Of a stretch of 63,698 nucleotides of DNA, positions 7,680 through 16,010 are shown piece by piece. Location: contig JAUSHE010000024.1 of NCBI GenBank assembly GCA_030648435.1, positions 1 through 63,698 of the forward strand, read 5' to 3'. Position numbers and translations under genes: made by a program. Numbering within the stretch: position 1 is the stretch's first letter; each line of letters opens with the position of its first letter. Origin of the DNA: Candidatus Daviesbacteria bacterium (lineage in GTDB: Bacteria > Patescibacteriota > Microgenomatia > Daviesbacterales > UBA10151). The notes beneath the pieces are model-generated. The model made no database searches. It was given only the letters and a program-made list of their open reading frames with translations, and was not told the origin of the DNA.

Positions 7680-10469
7680 GTGGACGAATCAGACGAACCT
7701 ATCATTAATAAAAATAGTATTTTGCTTTCGCGAAACAAGCCCGTTGCTTTGGTCGTGGGGGCTGCGGGATTTTTAGGCTCTCATTTAGTTGATCAGCTTC
7801 TCGATAAAGATATTCAGGTAATTGGAGTAGATAGCAAAAAAGAGAACTTAAGGGAAGCTGCCGGAAACCGCAATTTTCATCTAATTTTAGAATCTGCCAA
7901 AAATTTAAACTTTCAGCCGGAGCGGCTTGATTACCTGTTTCTTATCGACTCCGGTCAGGAAGATCTGGAGAAAATTCTTGCAATATTTAAGAAGACTAAA
8001 TGCCGCTGCCTGCTTGTGTCGTCAATTGATCTTTATGATAAGGAAAACTTAAATGAAAGCTTAAAAAGAACGAAGCAAATGGAAGCAAAAATTGCAGGGT
8101 TTGCAGCTGATTTTAGCTTAAATGCCCGGGTTCTAAGACTGGGCTCTGTTTTTGGGCCCAGAATGAATTTTGACGGTCATGATCCGCTTATTAAACTGCT
8201 AAAGCAGTCCTTAACGGGCAAGCTGCAGCAGGATGTTTCCCTGGAGTTTTCCACAAGGGCTTTATTTGTGGAAGATGCTGTCGAGCTGATGATTAAAACA
8301 ATTTTTGCCGGTTCAACATCACAGAAAATCTTTGACGGTGTCAGCCCGAAACCCCTCAAGGTGGCGGAAATTAAGCAAGTACTGCTGGATCCCGTTTGGT
8401 ATGAAAGCCGGGATTTTGTTTTTTCTGAACTGCCGCCTTGGCAAACACCTAACTTAGAAAAAACTATTAAATTTTTAAACTGGCGTCCCAAAGTCAAGAT
8501 GTTTTCAGCTTTAAGGCAGACGCTCAGGTTTTTCAAGGATAACGAAATAGAAATACCTGATAAAAAGGAGGAAGATGTTGAGTTACCTCAGGAAAAGAAA
8601 ACAGAGTTGGAAGAGTTTAGAAAAGAGGATAGGAGAGCTCACGATCCTAAATTTAAGATACCTTTTTCAAAAATATATTTATCTATTTTAATTGCTTTGG
8701 TGACATATGCGCTGATTTGGCCCGTGCTGATTTTCGGGTGGGGAGTTTTTACCTTCAAATCTGGACTTGAGTCGGCAATGGTAAATTTACAAAAAGGAGA
8801 GTTTGAAAAAAGTTTGCAAAATATAGACAGAGCCAGCTCCGGTGTTCAGGCAGTAAAGTCTATAAGCGGGTTAGGCGTAAATCAGTTAGAAGTTATGCGG
8901 AAGCTAACTAATATATCTGATTTCTGGTTGGGTTCAGCAAAAAGTACTATTGTGGGGGCCCAGCAGCTTTTGCTGGGTATGAAGGCAGTGACAGGGGAGT
9001 TGTCTGCATCTCCCGCTGCTTATTTTAGCTCAGCTCAGGTGGAGTTAAGCTCAGCCGGTAATGCGTTCTCAAGGGCAGACGCACTTTTAGGGAGCAACGA
9101 TTTTGAAAAGGGCATGCCGGGTGCGGTAGCAGGGGAGATCAATAAATTGGCAGGCAAGCTGTCTCTTTACCGGAATTTCATCGGTAGAGTTAGGTCTTTA
9201 TCTGTGCTGCTACCAAATCTGGTTGCAGTGGACGGCAGCAAAAATTATCTTATTTTACTCCAGAACAATATGGAACTCCGGCCGGCCGGTGGTTTCATTG
9301 GCTCTTTTGCAAAAATTTCTTTTGAAGGGGGGAAATTAAAGAAATTAACAGTAAATGATATTTATGCAATTGATGGGGCTCTCCCGCTTCATGTCGAGCC
9401 TCCTAAAGAAATTAAAGAGGATTTAGGTCAGAAAAATTGGTATTTACGGGATTCAAATTGGGAAAGTGATTTTCCAACGAGCGCCCGGCAGGCGGAATGG
9501 TTTTATACCAAGGAAACAGGGGAGACTGTTGAGGGTGTGATAGCAATGGATGTGTCTGCTATGGAGAAGTTGCTGGAAGCGATTGGACCATTAAATCTGC
9601 CGGATTATAATGAAAAAATTACCTCAGAAAATCTTTTTGAAAAGGCAGTGTCGCATGCGGAAATGAGTTTTTTCCCCGGCTCTCAGGCGAAAAAAAGTTT
9701 TCTGACAGCTCTAGCAAATGAAGCTTTTAATAAGATCTTCTTTCTTCCGCAAAATAACTGGCCGGGAGTAATTACGGCTCTAAGTAAATCTCTGGATGAA
9801 AAACATATCAGTATTTATATAAATGACAATAAACTACTTTCTTATGCAGACTCGCTGGGATGGACGCATGCTTTTCCGAGAGCTTCCAAAAATAGTGAGA
9901 ACCAGGATTTTCTAAGTTTGGTAGAGGCAAACCTGGGAGCCAACAAGGCCAATTATTATCTGGACAGAAGCTATAATTTAGAAACTGTGGTTGGTAAGGA
10001 GGGCGAAATTAAGCACAGGCTCAGGATAAGTTACATCAACAGAAGCCCTTCAGATACTTTTCCCGGGGGAAAGTATAAAAACAGAATGCGGATATATCTG
10101 CCTTTCGGAAGTAAAATAACAAGAGTACTTTGGGGAGAAACTAACAAAACCGGCGAAATCTCCGGTTTTGTGGATTATGGCAGGGCAGGCTATTCAATTC
10201 TACTGGAGCTTAATCCAAAAGAACAGAAGACTCTGGTGCTGGATTACACGGTGCCGGTCAGTCTGAAGTTTGAAAATGGGCAAGCCGGTTATAAGTTAAA
10301 TGTGGTAAAACAGGCGGGGACCTTAAAGGATCCGTTTAATTGGACGATTACTTATCCGATTAACTATCAATTAATTTCAGACAAAACCAAAAAGATCGGC
10401 CCGCAAGAGCAAACTATTTCTACGGATTTATCGGTTGATAGAAGCTTTGAGGTAGAGTTTAAAAAGTGA
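7680..10469 (+). CDS. fusion protein: NAD-dependent epimerase/dehydratase domain - TM - DUF4012 domain
   Basis: Rossmann VVGAAGFLGSHLVDQLL at the N-terminus. TM LSILIALVTYALIWPVLIFGWGVF. DUF4012-like LLQNNMELRPAGGFIGSFA. Confidence 0.7.
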   Translation: MDESDEPIINKNSILLSRNKPVALVVGAAGFLGSHLVDQLLDKDIQVIGVDSKKENLREAAGNRNFHLILESAKNLNFQPERLDYLFLIDSGQEDLEKILAIFKKTKCRCLLVSSIDLYDKENLNESLKRTKQMEAKIAGFAADFSLNARVLRLGSVFGPRMNFDGHDPLIKLLKQSLTGKLQQDVSLEFSTRALFVEDAVELMIKTIFAGSTSQKIFDGVSPKPLKVAEIKQVLLDPVWYESRDFVFSELPPWQTPNLEKTIKFLNWRPKVKMFSALRQTLRFFKDNEIEIPDKKEEDVELPQEKKTELEEFRKEDRRAHDPKFKIPFSKIYLSILIALVTYALIWPVLIFGWGVFTFKSGLESAMVNLQKGEFEKSLQNIDRASSGVQAVKSISGLGVNQLEVMRKLTNISDFWLGSAKSTIVGAQQLLLGMKAVTGELSASPAAYFSSAQVELSSAGNAFSRADALLGSNDFEKGMPGAVAGEINKLAGKLSLYRNFIGRVRSLSVLLPNLVAVDGSKNYLILLQNNMELRPAGGFIGSFAKISFEGGKLKKLTVNDIYAIDGALPLHVEPPKEIKEDLGQKNWYLRDSNWESDFPTSARQAEWFYTKETGETVEGVIAMDVSAMEKLLEAIGPLNLPDYNEKITSENLFEKAVSHAEMSFFPGSQAKKSFLTALANEAFNKIFFLPQNNWPGVITALSKSLDEKHISIYINDNKLLSYADSLGWTHAFPRASKNSENQDFLSLVEANLGANKANYYLDRSYNLETVVGKEGEIKHRLRISYINRSPSDTFPGGKYKNRMRIYLPFGSKITRVLWGETNKTGEISGFVDYGRAGYSILLELNPKEQKTLVLDYTVPVSLKFENGQAGYKLNVVKQAGTLKDPFNWTITYPINYQLISDKTKKIGPQEQTISTDLSVDRSFEVEFKK

Positions 10470-10581
10470 TACACTATTCTTCTGGTTCTGAATTTGTTAA
10501 TTTTGTATCTCAAGATTAGACACGGATAAGCAGGCTCTTGCCCATTGAGCCCGAATATGATAAATTACCCTAGTAAAAAAT

Positions 10582-11319
10582 ATGGACAGATTAAGTTTAC
10601 AAGCCGAAGAAAGAATAATCCTAGGTAAAAAAGTTAAGAATTTAAGAAAAGACGGAAAGTTACCCGGCCATGTGTTTGGCAAGGGTTTGGAAACAGAACA
10701 TGTTTCAGTTGACGGCAAAACATTCCTTAAAACTTTCAAAGAAGCAGGGGAAACCGGCTTGATTGATCTAAAGATTGGTACAGAAAAAGTGCGGCCGGTT
10801 ATGATTAAGGGAGTTCAATACAATCCTGTTTCCGGCCAACCCATTCACATTGATTTTTATCAGGTTAATATGTCAGAGAAGGTTAAAGTTCCGGTGCCTT
10901 TGGTGCTGATAGGAGATGAGCCGGAATCCGTCAAGCTGGGGGAGACGATTGTACTGCAAACCTTAAATGAAATTGAGGTAGAAGCTTTGCCCGCTGATCT
11001 GATTGAAAAAATTGAAGTTGATATTACACCTCTTAAAAATATTGATGACACTATTACTGTCGGACAATTGAATTTTGACAGAAGTAAGCTAACCGTCAGC
11101 GCTCCTGAGGAAGAAATCGTTGTTAAACTGGCTCCGGCTATTACCGAGGAGATGAAGAAGCAAATGGAAGAAGAAACAGCAGCCGCAGCTGCAGCAGTGG
11201 CTGAAGCAGTCCCGCCGGTTGAGGGCGCAGCGGCAGAAGGTGCAGAGGGCGAACAGCCTCAAGGTGAAGCCGCCTCCGCTGAAAGCTCCGGCGAGCCAAA
11301 GGAAGCTCCTAAAGAATAA
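10582..11319 (+). CDS. rplY: 50S ribosomal protein L25/general stress protein Ctc, with an Ala/Glu-rich tail
   Basis: LPGHVFGKG...HIDFYQV core. Low-complexity acidic C-terminus. Confidence 0.9.
   Translation: MDRLSLQAEERIILGKKVKNLRKDGKLPGHVFGKGLETEHVSVDGKTFLKTFKEAGETGLIDLKIGTEKVRPVMIKGVQYNPVSGQPIHIDFYQVNMSEKVKVPVPLVLIGDEPESVKLGETIVLQTLNEIEVEALPADLIEKIEVDITPLKNIDDTITVGQLNFDRSKLTVSAPEEEIVVKLAPAITEEMKKQMEEETAAAAAAVAEAVPPVEGAAAEGAEGEQPQGEAASAESSGEPKEAPKE
11251..11305. repeat. 55-nt module shared with the dnaK 3' end (32 nt identical)
   Basis: GAAGCCGCCTCCGCTGAAAGCTCCGGCGAGCC at 11266-11297 is identical to 63421-63452. Flanks are similar. Confidence 0.9.
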
Positions 11320-11323
11320 AAGT

Positions 11324-11367
11324 TTGCGTCAATTCTGCGTTAATTTTGCGGTTATTCGTGCCTAAAT
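11324..11367. repeat. degenerate 11-bp tandem repeat x4 in the convergent rplY/valS spacer
   Basis: TTGCGTCAATT CTGCGTTAATT TTGCGGTTATT CGTGCCTAAAT. Confidence 0.6.
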
Positions 11368-13434
11368 CACTTTTTCAGGCCATTTACTTACCATTATAGA
11401 CTCTTCTTTATGGGGTAGTTTTTGCCATAATTCCTCCGTAATAAAGGGCATAAAGGGATGCAATAGTTCTAAACAGGTTCGGAAAACATATTCCAAAACC
11501 GGCTGAGCTTCTGCTCTTCTATTTTTTGTACTTTCAATATATTTATCAGCAAATTCATGCCAAATAAATTCATATAAACTACCGCTGGCATCATGAAATC
11601 TGTAAGTATCCAGTGCTTTGGTAGCTGCCGCAGTTGTTTTATTCAGTTGATTTAGAATATCTTGATCGTCTTCGTGCTTACTTATTTCTGAGGCAGCGTC
11701 TTCCGGCTTAAAATCAATAATAAACCGGCCGATGTTCCAAAGCTTATTGGTAAAATTCCGCATGGCTTGCAGTTTTGAGTGAGACAGCGCCTGGTCGTGT
11801 CCAAAAGCATTGCCGTACATTAAGGCCATCCTTAAAGCATCTGCCCCGTATTGATTAGCAATCTCAATTGGGTCAACCACATTGCCCTTACTTTTACTCA
11901 TTTTCTTGCCCAGGGGATCTAATATTTTGCCGTGTAGCAAAACATCTTTAAAAGGAATTTTGCCTGTTACAAAATTTCCTACCATAATCATTCTGATCAC
12001 CCAAAAAGGCAGAATATCATAGCCTGTTTCCATAACAGAAGTAGGGTAAAACTTATCAAAATCTCCCGGTTGACCTGCCTGAAGCGTTGCGAAGGGCCAT
12101 TGAGCAGAAGAAAACCAGGTATCAAAGACATCAGGATCCTGCTCCCAATCTGGTCCATCCGGGGCTTCTCCCTCGGTCACTTGCCACTGCCCTGTTTTTT
12201 TATTCTTCCAGGCCGGGATTTGCATACCCCAGACAATTTGCCGGGAGATATTCCAGTCTTTAAGTTTTTCCAGCCAATGGAAATAAGTGACTTCCCAGTT
12301 TTTTGGATAAATTTTAATTTCACCTTTTTTAACATTCTCGACAGCCTGCTTGGCAAGGGTAGCAACCTTGATAAACCATTGCTCCATTGGCAGCGGTTCA
12401 ATTACTGTGCCGCACTTATAGCAAACTCCCACCCGGTTTTGGTAATTTTCATCTATTTTTTCGATCAAACCCTTTTCCAGCATTTCTTTAGCAATTGCAA
12501 CCCTGGCTTCTTTAACCCGTAACCCGGCGAATTTACCGGCTTTTTCGTTTAATTTGCCGTCAAATCCAATTACCTGGCGGATTTCCAAATCGTGCCGCTC
12601 TCCTATTTCAAAATCCACCATGGCATGGGCAGGGGTAACTTTAATTACCCCGGTTCCAAACTCCGGGTCAACTGCCTTGTCTGCGATCACTTTAATTTTG
12701 GCAGGGCCTAAAACTGTTTCAATATCTAAAGTTTGGCCAATATATTTTTGGTAGCGGCTGTCTCCCGGATGAACTGCTACGGCTGTGTCGCCAAATTTAG
12801 TTTCCAGCCTGGTGGTAGCTAAAATCAGTGGTCCGTATTTGATGTAATAAAGCGGGGTGGTCCGGTCTTCATATAAAACTTCCAAATCAGAAAAAGAGGT
12901 GCCGTGCCTGGTGCAGTAATTGACCAGTCTTAAGCCCCGGTAAGCCAAACCCGCATCAAACATTTGTTTAAAAGTTTTATAGACAATTTTAACGATTTCA
13001 GGATCAAGGGTAAATTTTTGCCTGGACCAATCCAGGGAAAAGCCTAATTTGCGGAGTTGCCCCTCCATAGTGCCTTTATTGTTCTGGACAAAATCCCAAA
13101 TCATCTGGTATAAAGTCTTCCTGTCAAAGTCAAAACGTGACTTACCCTCTTTTTCCAGTTGTTTTTCAAAAACCACTTGGGTTTCAAAGCCGGCATGATC
13201 TGAACCGGGCAGCCATAAGCTAGCTTCACCTTTCATGCGGTGATATCTGATTAAAATATCTTCTACCGTATACATGGCATGGCCAAAATGCAGGGCTCCA
13301 TTGGCATTAGGCGGAGGAAGGATAATAGTGTAGGGTTTGCCGTCAGGATTTACTTCAGGCTTAAAAAAGCCTTTCTCTTCCCAAAATTTGTACCACTTTG
13401 CTTCAACTTTTGTCTGGTCATAAGTTTTATCCAT
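11362..13434 (-). CDS. valS: valine--tRNA ligase (short form, no C-terminal coiled coil)
   Basis: PPPNANGALHFGHA (HIGH), KMSKSKGN, editing-domain TRLETKFGDTAVAVHP. Confidence 0.9.
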   Translation of the reverse strand: MDKTYDQTKVEAKWYKFWEEKGFFKPEVNPDGKPYTIILPPPNANGALHFGHAMYTVEDILIRYHRMKGEASLWLPGSDHAGFETQVVFEKQLEKEGKSRFDFDRKTLYQMIWDFVQNNKGTMEGQLRKLGFSLDWSRQKFTLDPEIVKIVYKTFKQMFDAGLAYRGLRLVNYCTRHGTSFSDLEVLYEDRTTPLYYIKYGPLILATTRLETKFGDTAVAVHPGDSRYQKYIGQTLDIETVLGPAKIKVIADKAVDPEFGTGVIKVTPAHAMVDFEIGERHDLEIRQVIGFDGKLNEKAGKFAGLRVKEARVAIAKEMLEKGLIEKIDENYQNRVGVCYKCGTVIEPLPMEQWFIKVATLAKQAVENVKKGEIKIYPKNWEVTYFHWLEKLKDWNISRQIVWGMQIPAWKNKKTGQWQVTEGEAPDGPDWEQDPDVFDTWFSSAQWPFATLQAGQPGDFDKFYPTSVMETGYDILPFWVIRMIMVGNFVTGKIPFKDVLLHGKILDPLGKKMSKSKGNVVDPIEIANQYGADALRMALMYGNAFGHDQALSHSKLQAMRNFTNKLWNIGRFIIDFKPEDAASEISKHEDDQDILNQLNKTTAAATKALDTYRFHDASGSLYEFIWHEFADKYIESTKNRRAEAQPVLEYVFRTCLELLHPFMPFITEELWQKLPHKEESIMVSKWPEKVI

Positions 13435-13452
13435 GGAGTTAGTATATTGGCT

Positions 13453-14475
13453 TTAAGTTACGAGTGCAAGGTTTGGATCAGCTTGAAGAGACAAAGGATT
13501 TTTAAGGGCTTTTTGGAAAAAGGCTGCAGAGGCTATCATGGCTCCGTTATCTGTACAAAGTTCCGGTGGTGGTACAAAGAGTCTGATAGCTGAAGACTGA
13601 CAGCTGACAGCTAATTCTGAAACCAGTTTCTGATTGGCGGCCACTCCGCCGGCGACTATTAAGTTTTTAACCTGATATTTTTCAACCGCTTGAATACTTT
13701 TTTTAACCAGAACATCAACAATAGCTTGTTGAATTGAAGCAGCAAGGTCAGCGACCTTACTTTTATCTGTTATATTAGCTACTGCTGTTTTTAAACCTGA
13801 AAAAGAGAAGTCAAAATCTTTGGAATTTATCATTGGTCTGGGTAATTTAAAAGCTTTTGGGTTACCCTCTTGTGCTAGTTTGGAAATAATAGGACCACCA
13901 GGGTAGGGCAGTCCCAGGAGCCTGGCGCATTTATCAAAGCATTCTCCTGCCGCATCATCCCGGGTTCCGCCCAGATATTTATATTTACCATGATCTGTAA
14001 ACAGAACTAAATCCGTATGCCCACCGGAAACAAGCAGGCCAATACAAGGGAAGCTCGGTACACCTTCCAGGTGGGCTTTGACTCCTGGAAGGTGAGTGGG
14101 AGTAATCCAATTAGCATAAAAATGTCCAAGCAGGTGATTAACTGGGATTAGTGGTTTATTCCAGATTAATGCCAGGGTTTTGGCAGTTTCTACCCCCACT
14201 AAAAGTGAACCTATTAGTCCGGGTCCATAGGTGACTGCAATAGCGTCAATTTCCTGTTGCCTGTGGCCTGAAGCCTGTAAACTTTCTTCTATCACCGGAA
14301 TGATTGATTTTATCTGTTCCCGTGCCGCCTGTTCAGGAATTATCCCTCCGTATTTAGCCTGCAGCAAGGCTGATGAAGCCACAATATTGGATAATATCGT
14401 TATTCGTTTATCGTTATTCGTCAAGATAGCGCAAGCTGTTTCATCGCAGGATGTTTCTATTCCCAGAATAATCAT
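13453..14475 (-). CDS. tsaD: tRNA N6-adenosine threonylcarbamoyltransferase TsaD
   Basis: GIETSCDETA, GPGLIGSLLVG, LLVSGGHT, CTDNGAMIA. Confidence 0.95.
   Translation of the reverse strand: MIILGIETSCDETACAILTNNDKRITILSNIVASSALLQAKYGGIIPEQAAREQIKSIIPVIEESLQASGHRQQEIDAIAVTYGPGLIGSLLVGVETAKTLALIWNKPLIPVNHLLGHFYANWITPTHLPGVKAHLEGVPSFPCIGLLVSGGHTDLVLFTDHGKYKYLGGTRDDAAGECFDKCARLLGLPYPGGPIISKLAQEGNPKAFKLPRPMINSKDFDFSFSGLKTAVANITDKSKVADLAASIQQAIVDVLVKKSIQAVEKYQVKNLIVAGGVAANQKLVSELAVSCQSSAIRLFVPPPELCTDNGAMIASAAFFQKALKNPLSLQADPNLALVT
13583..13617. repeat. heptamer patch (5 units) inside tsaD
   Basis: CTGATAG CTGAAGA CTGACAG CTGACAG CTAATTC. Confidence 0.6.
14061..14094. repeat. family-A 34-nt perfect hairpin element, copy 1 (inside tsaD)
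   Basis: CACCTTCCAGG TGGGCTTTGACT CCTGGAAGGTG; 11-bp stem, 12-nt loop. Confidence 0.9.
14395..14422. repeat. heptamer/14-mer patch inside the tsaD 5' region
   Basis: TATCGTT ATTCGTT TATCGTT ATTCGTC. Shares the 10-mer TCGTTTATCG with 18645-18654 and the reverse complement of 18752-18761. Confidence 0.6.
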
Positions 14476-14517
14476 GCATCTATTTTAACAGAATAAAGAA
14501 GAGTTAACTTTAGATAG

Positions 14518-14545
14518 TTGACAATTTGCGAAACTATGCTAAAAT
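14518..14545 (+). promoter_or_regulatory. sigma70-type promoter of the toxin-antitoxin operon
   Basis: TTGACA-N16-TAAAAT, followed by AAGGAG SD 6 nt before ATG 14588. Confidence 0.6.
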
Positions 14546-14587
14546 ATATAGCAGATATACAATTTGGCATATATCAAGGAGAAAGAT

Positions 14588-14863
14588 ATGCAAACAACGC
14601 AAGACAGAGTGCAAAAACTAGTAACATTTTCCCCAAAACTATATAACAGTGCCGTAGCCAGAGCCAATAGCCTGGGTATTCCCTTTGCTGAATATGTCAG
14701 ACATACACTTGTTAAAGATGTTGAGGAAGGCAATAAAAACTTGCCAATGGTTGATGCCGAAACAGAGAAAAGAATTGGTCAAAGTCTCAAAGATCTTGAA
14801 GAGGGACGATACACAATCATCAGGAATAAAAAAGAACTAAGCGCTCACTTGGGTAGACTCTAA
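14588..14863 (+). CDS. ribbon-helix-helix (CopG/Arc-type) antitoxin
   Basis: RHH-like KLVTFSPKLYNSAVARANSLGIPFAEYVRHTLV. Start trimmed to the SD-preceded ATG. 8 nt upstream of the toxin gene. Confidence 0.65.
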   Translation: MQTTQDRVQKLVTFSPKLYNSAVARANSLGIPFAEYVRHTLVKDVEEGNKNLPMVDAETEKRIGQSLKDLEEGRYTIIRNKKELSAHLGRL

Positions 14864-14871
14864 GAGTTGCT

Positions 14872-15162
14872 ATGTTTACACTTGTTTTTACAAAGCATTT
14901 TGATGAAACATACGCTTTAAATACCAAAGAAAATAAAGAGATAGAAAAGAAAATCAGAAAAGCGTTACATTTCTTAGAACAAAATCCGTCTTATCCATCT
15001 CTTAAAACACATAAAGTTACAACAAAAAACTACGGAGAAAAATGGAGTAGCGGGGTAACAGGAGATATTCGTATTATTTGGGATTATGACAGCGAAGGTA
15101 GATCAATCATTCTTCTTTTGGATATTGGTGGCCATAGCGGAACTCACAAAGTATATAAATAA
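14872..15162 (+). CDS. RelE/ParE-superfamily toxin
   Basis: Typical C-terminal pattern GDIRIIWDYD...IILLLDIGGHSGTHKVY. Confidence 0.65.
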   Translation: MFTLVFTKHFDETYALNTKENKEIEKKIRKALHFLEQNPSYPSLKTHKVTTKNYGEKWSSGVTGDIRIIWDYDSEGRSIILLLDIGGHSGTHKVYK

Positions 15163-15164
15163 CT

Positions 15165-16004
15165 ATGATCCCTAAGCAAAAACATGAATTTATTAAAGAC
15201 GCTTTGTGGGTTTCTTATACGGCTTTAAAAGATTTTTTGAAGTGTCCCCGAAGTTATTATTTAAAAAATATCTACAAAGACCCAAAGACCGGTTTTAGAC
15301 TGCAGATTGCCTCGCCCTATTTAACTTTAGGGTCAACCGTACATGACAGCGTCAAATGGTATTTGGATATGCAGGGCCAGGTTACAAGCGGGCAGCTAAT
15401 ACAAAAATACCGTAATTTTTGGCTTAAATATAGGGGCAAAAAAGGCGGATTTAGCTCTTTGGAAGAAGAGGCAACTTTTGGCAAAAGGGGCCTGAAGATG
15501 CTGGATAATTTCTTAGATAATGCAAAAGTATTGGAGAAAACTGCGCCGCCGGTAACTTTTCCTAAGTATAATTTAGTGGAGGATGTGATATTAATCGGTA
15601 ACTTTGATTTTGTGGGGGAGATGCCGGGGGGGACTTTGCATATTGTGGATTTTAAAACTGGGGCAAATGACGAAGAAGATACTCTGCAGCTTTATATTTA
15701 TGCCATACTCGCAGAGGCAAACTTAAGTAAACCGGTATCCAAAGCCTCGTTTTGGTATTTAGATAGGGAAGATGCGCCGAGGGAGATTGTTTTGGATGCT
15801 TTAGAACCCAAGCTGGATTGGTTAAGAGAGAAGGCTTTGGAACTTAAAAAAGCCATTAAAGGAGGGAACTGGGTTTGTATTAAAGGGGATCAGCTTTGTC
15901 GGGACTGTAAGGATTACCAGGCTATCATTGATGGTAAAGGGCAGTTCCAGTTCTCTGATTACCGCTATAAAAAGGATATTTATTATCTATCTAAATCCGC
16001 TTAA
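15165..16004 (+). CDS. Cas4/RecB-like PD-(D/E)XK nuclease with Fe-S cysteines
   Basis: N-terminal Cys (FLKCPRSYYL), D...DFKTG (IGNFDFVGE...LHIVDFKTG), QLYIYAIL, C-terminal CIKGDQLCRDC. Confidence 0.7.
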   Translation: MIPKQKHEFIKDALWVSYTALKDFLKCPRSYYLKNIYKDPKTGFRLQIASPYLTLGSTVHDSVKWYLDMQGQVTSGQLIQKYRNFWLKYRGKKGGFSSLEEEATFGKRGLKMLDNFLDNAKVLEKTAPPVTFPKYNLVEDVILIGNFDFVGEMPGGTLHIVDFKTGANDEEDTLQLYIYAILAEANLSKPVSKASFWYLDREDAPREIVLDALEPKLDWLREKALELKKAIKGGNWVCIKGDQLCRDCKDYQAIIDGKGQFQFSDYRYKKDIYYLSKSA

Positions 16005-16010
16005 TTTCTG

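Noticed and set aside
12070-12522. 150-aa plus-strand ORF inside valS
   Set aside because: It is antisense to the valS frame, which carries HIGH and KMSKS motifs. It is a shadow ORF.
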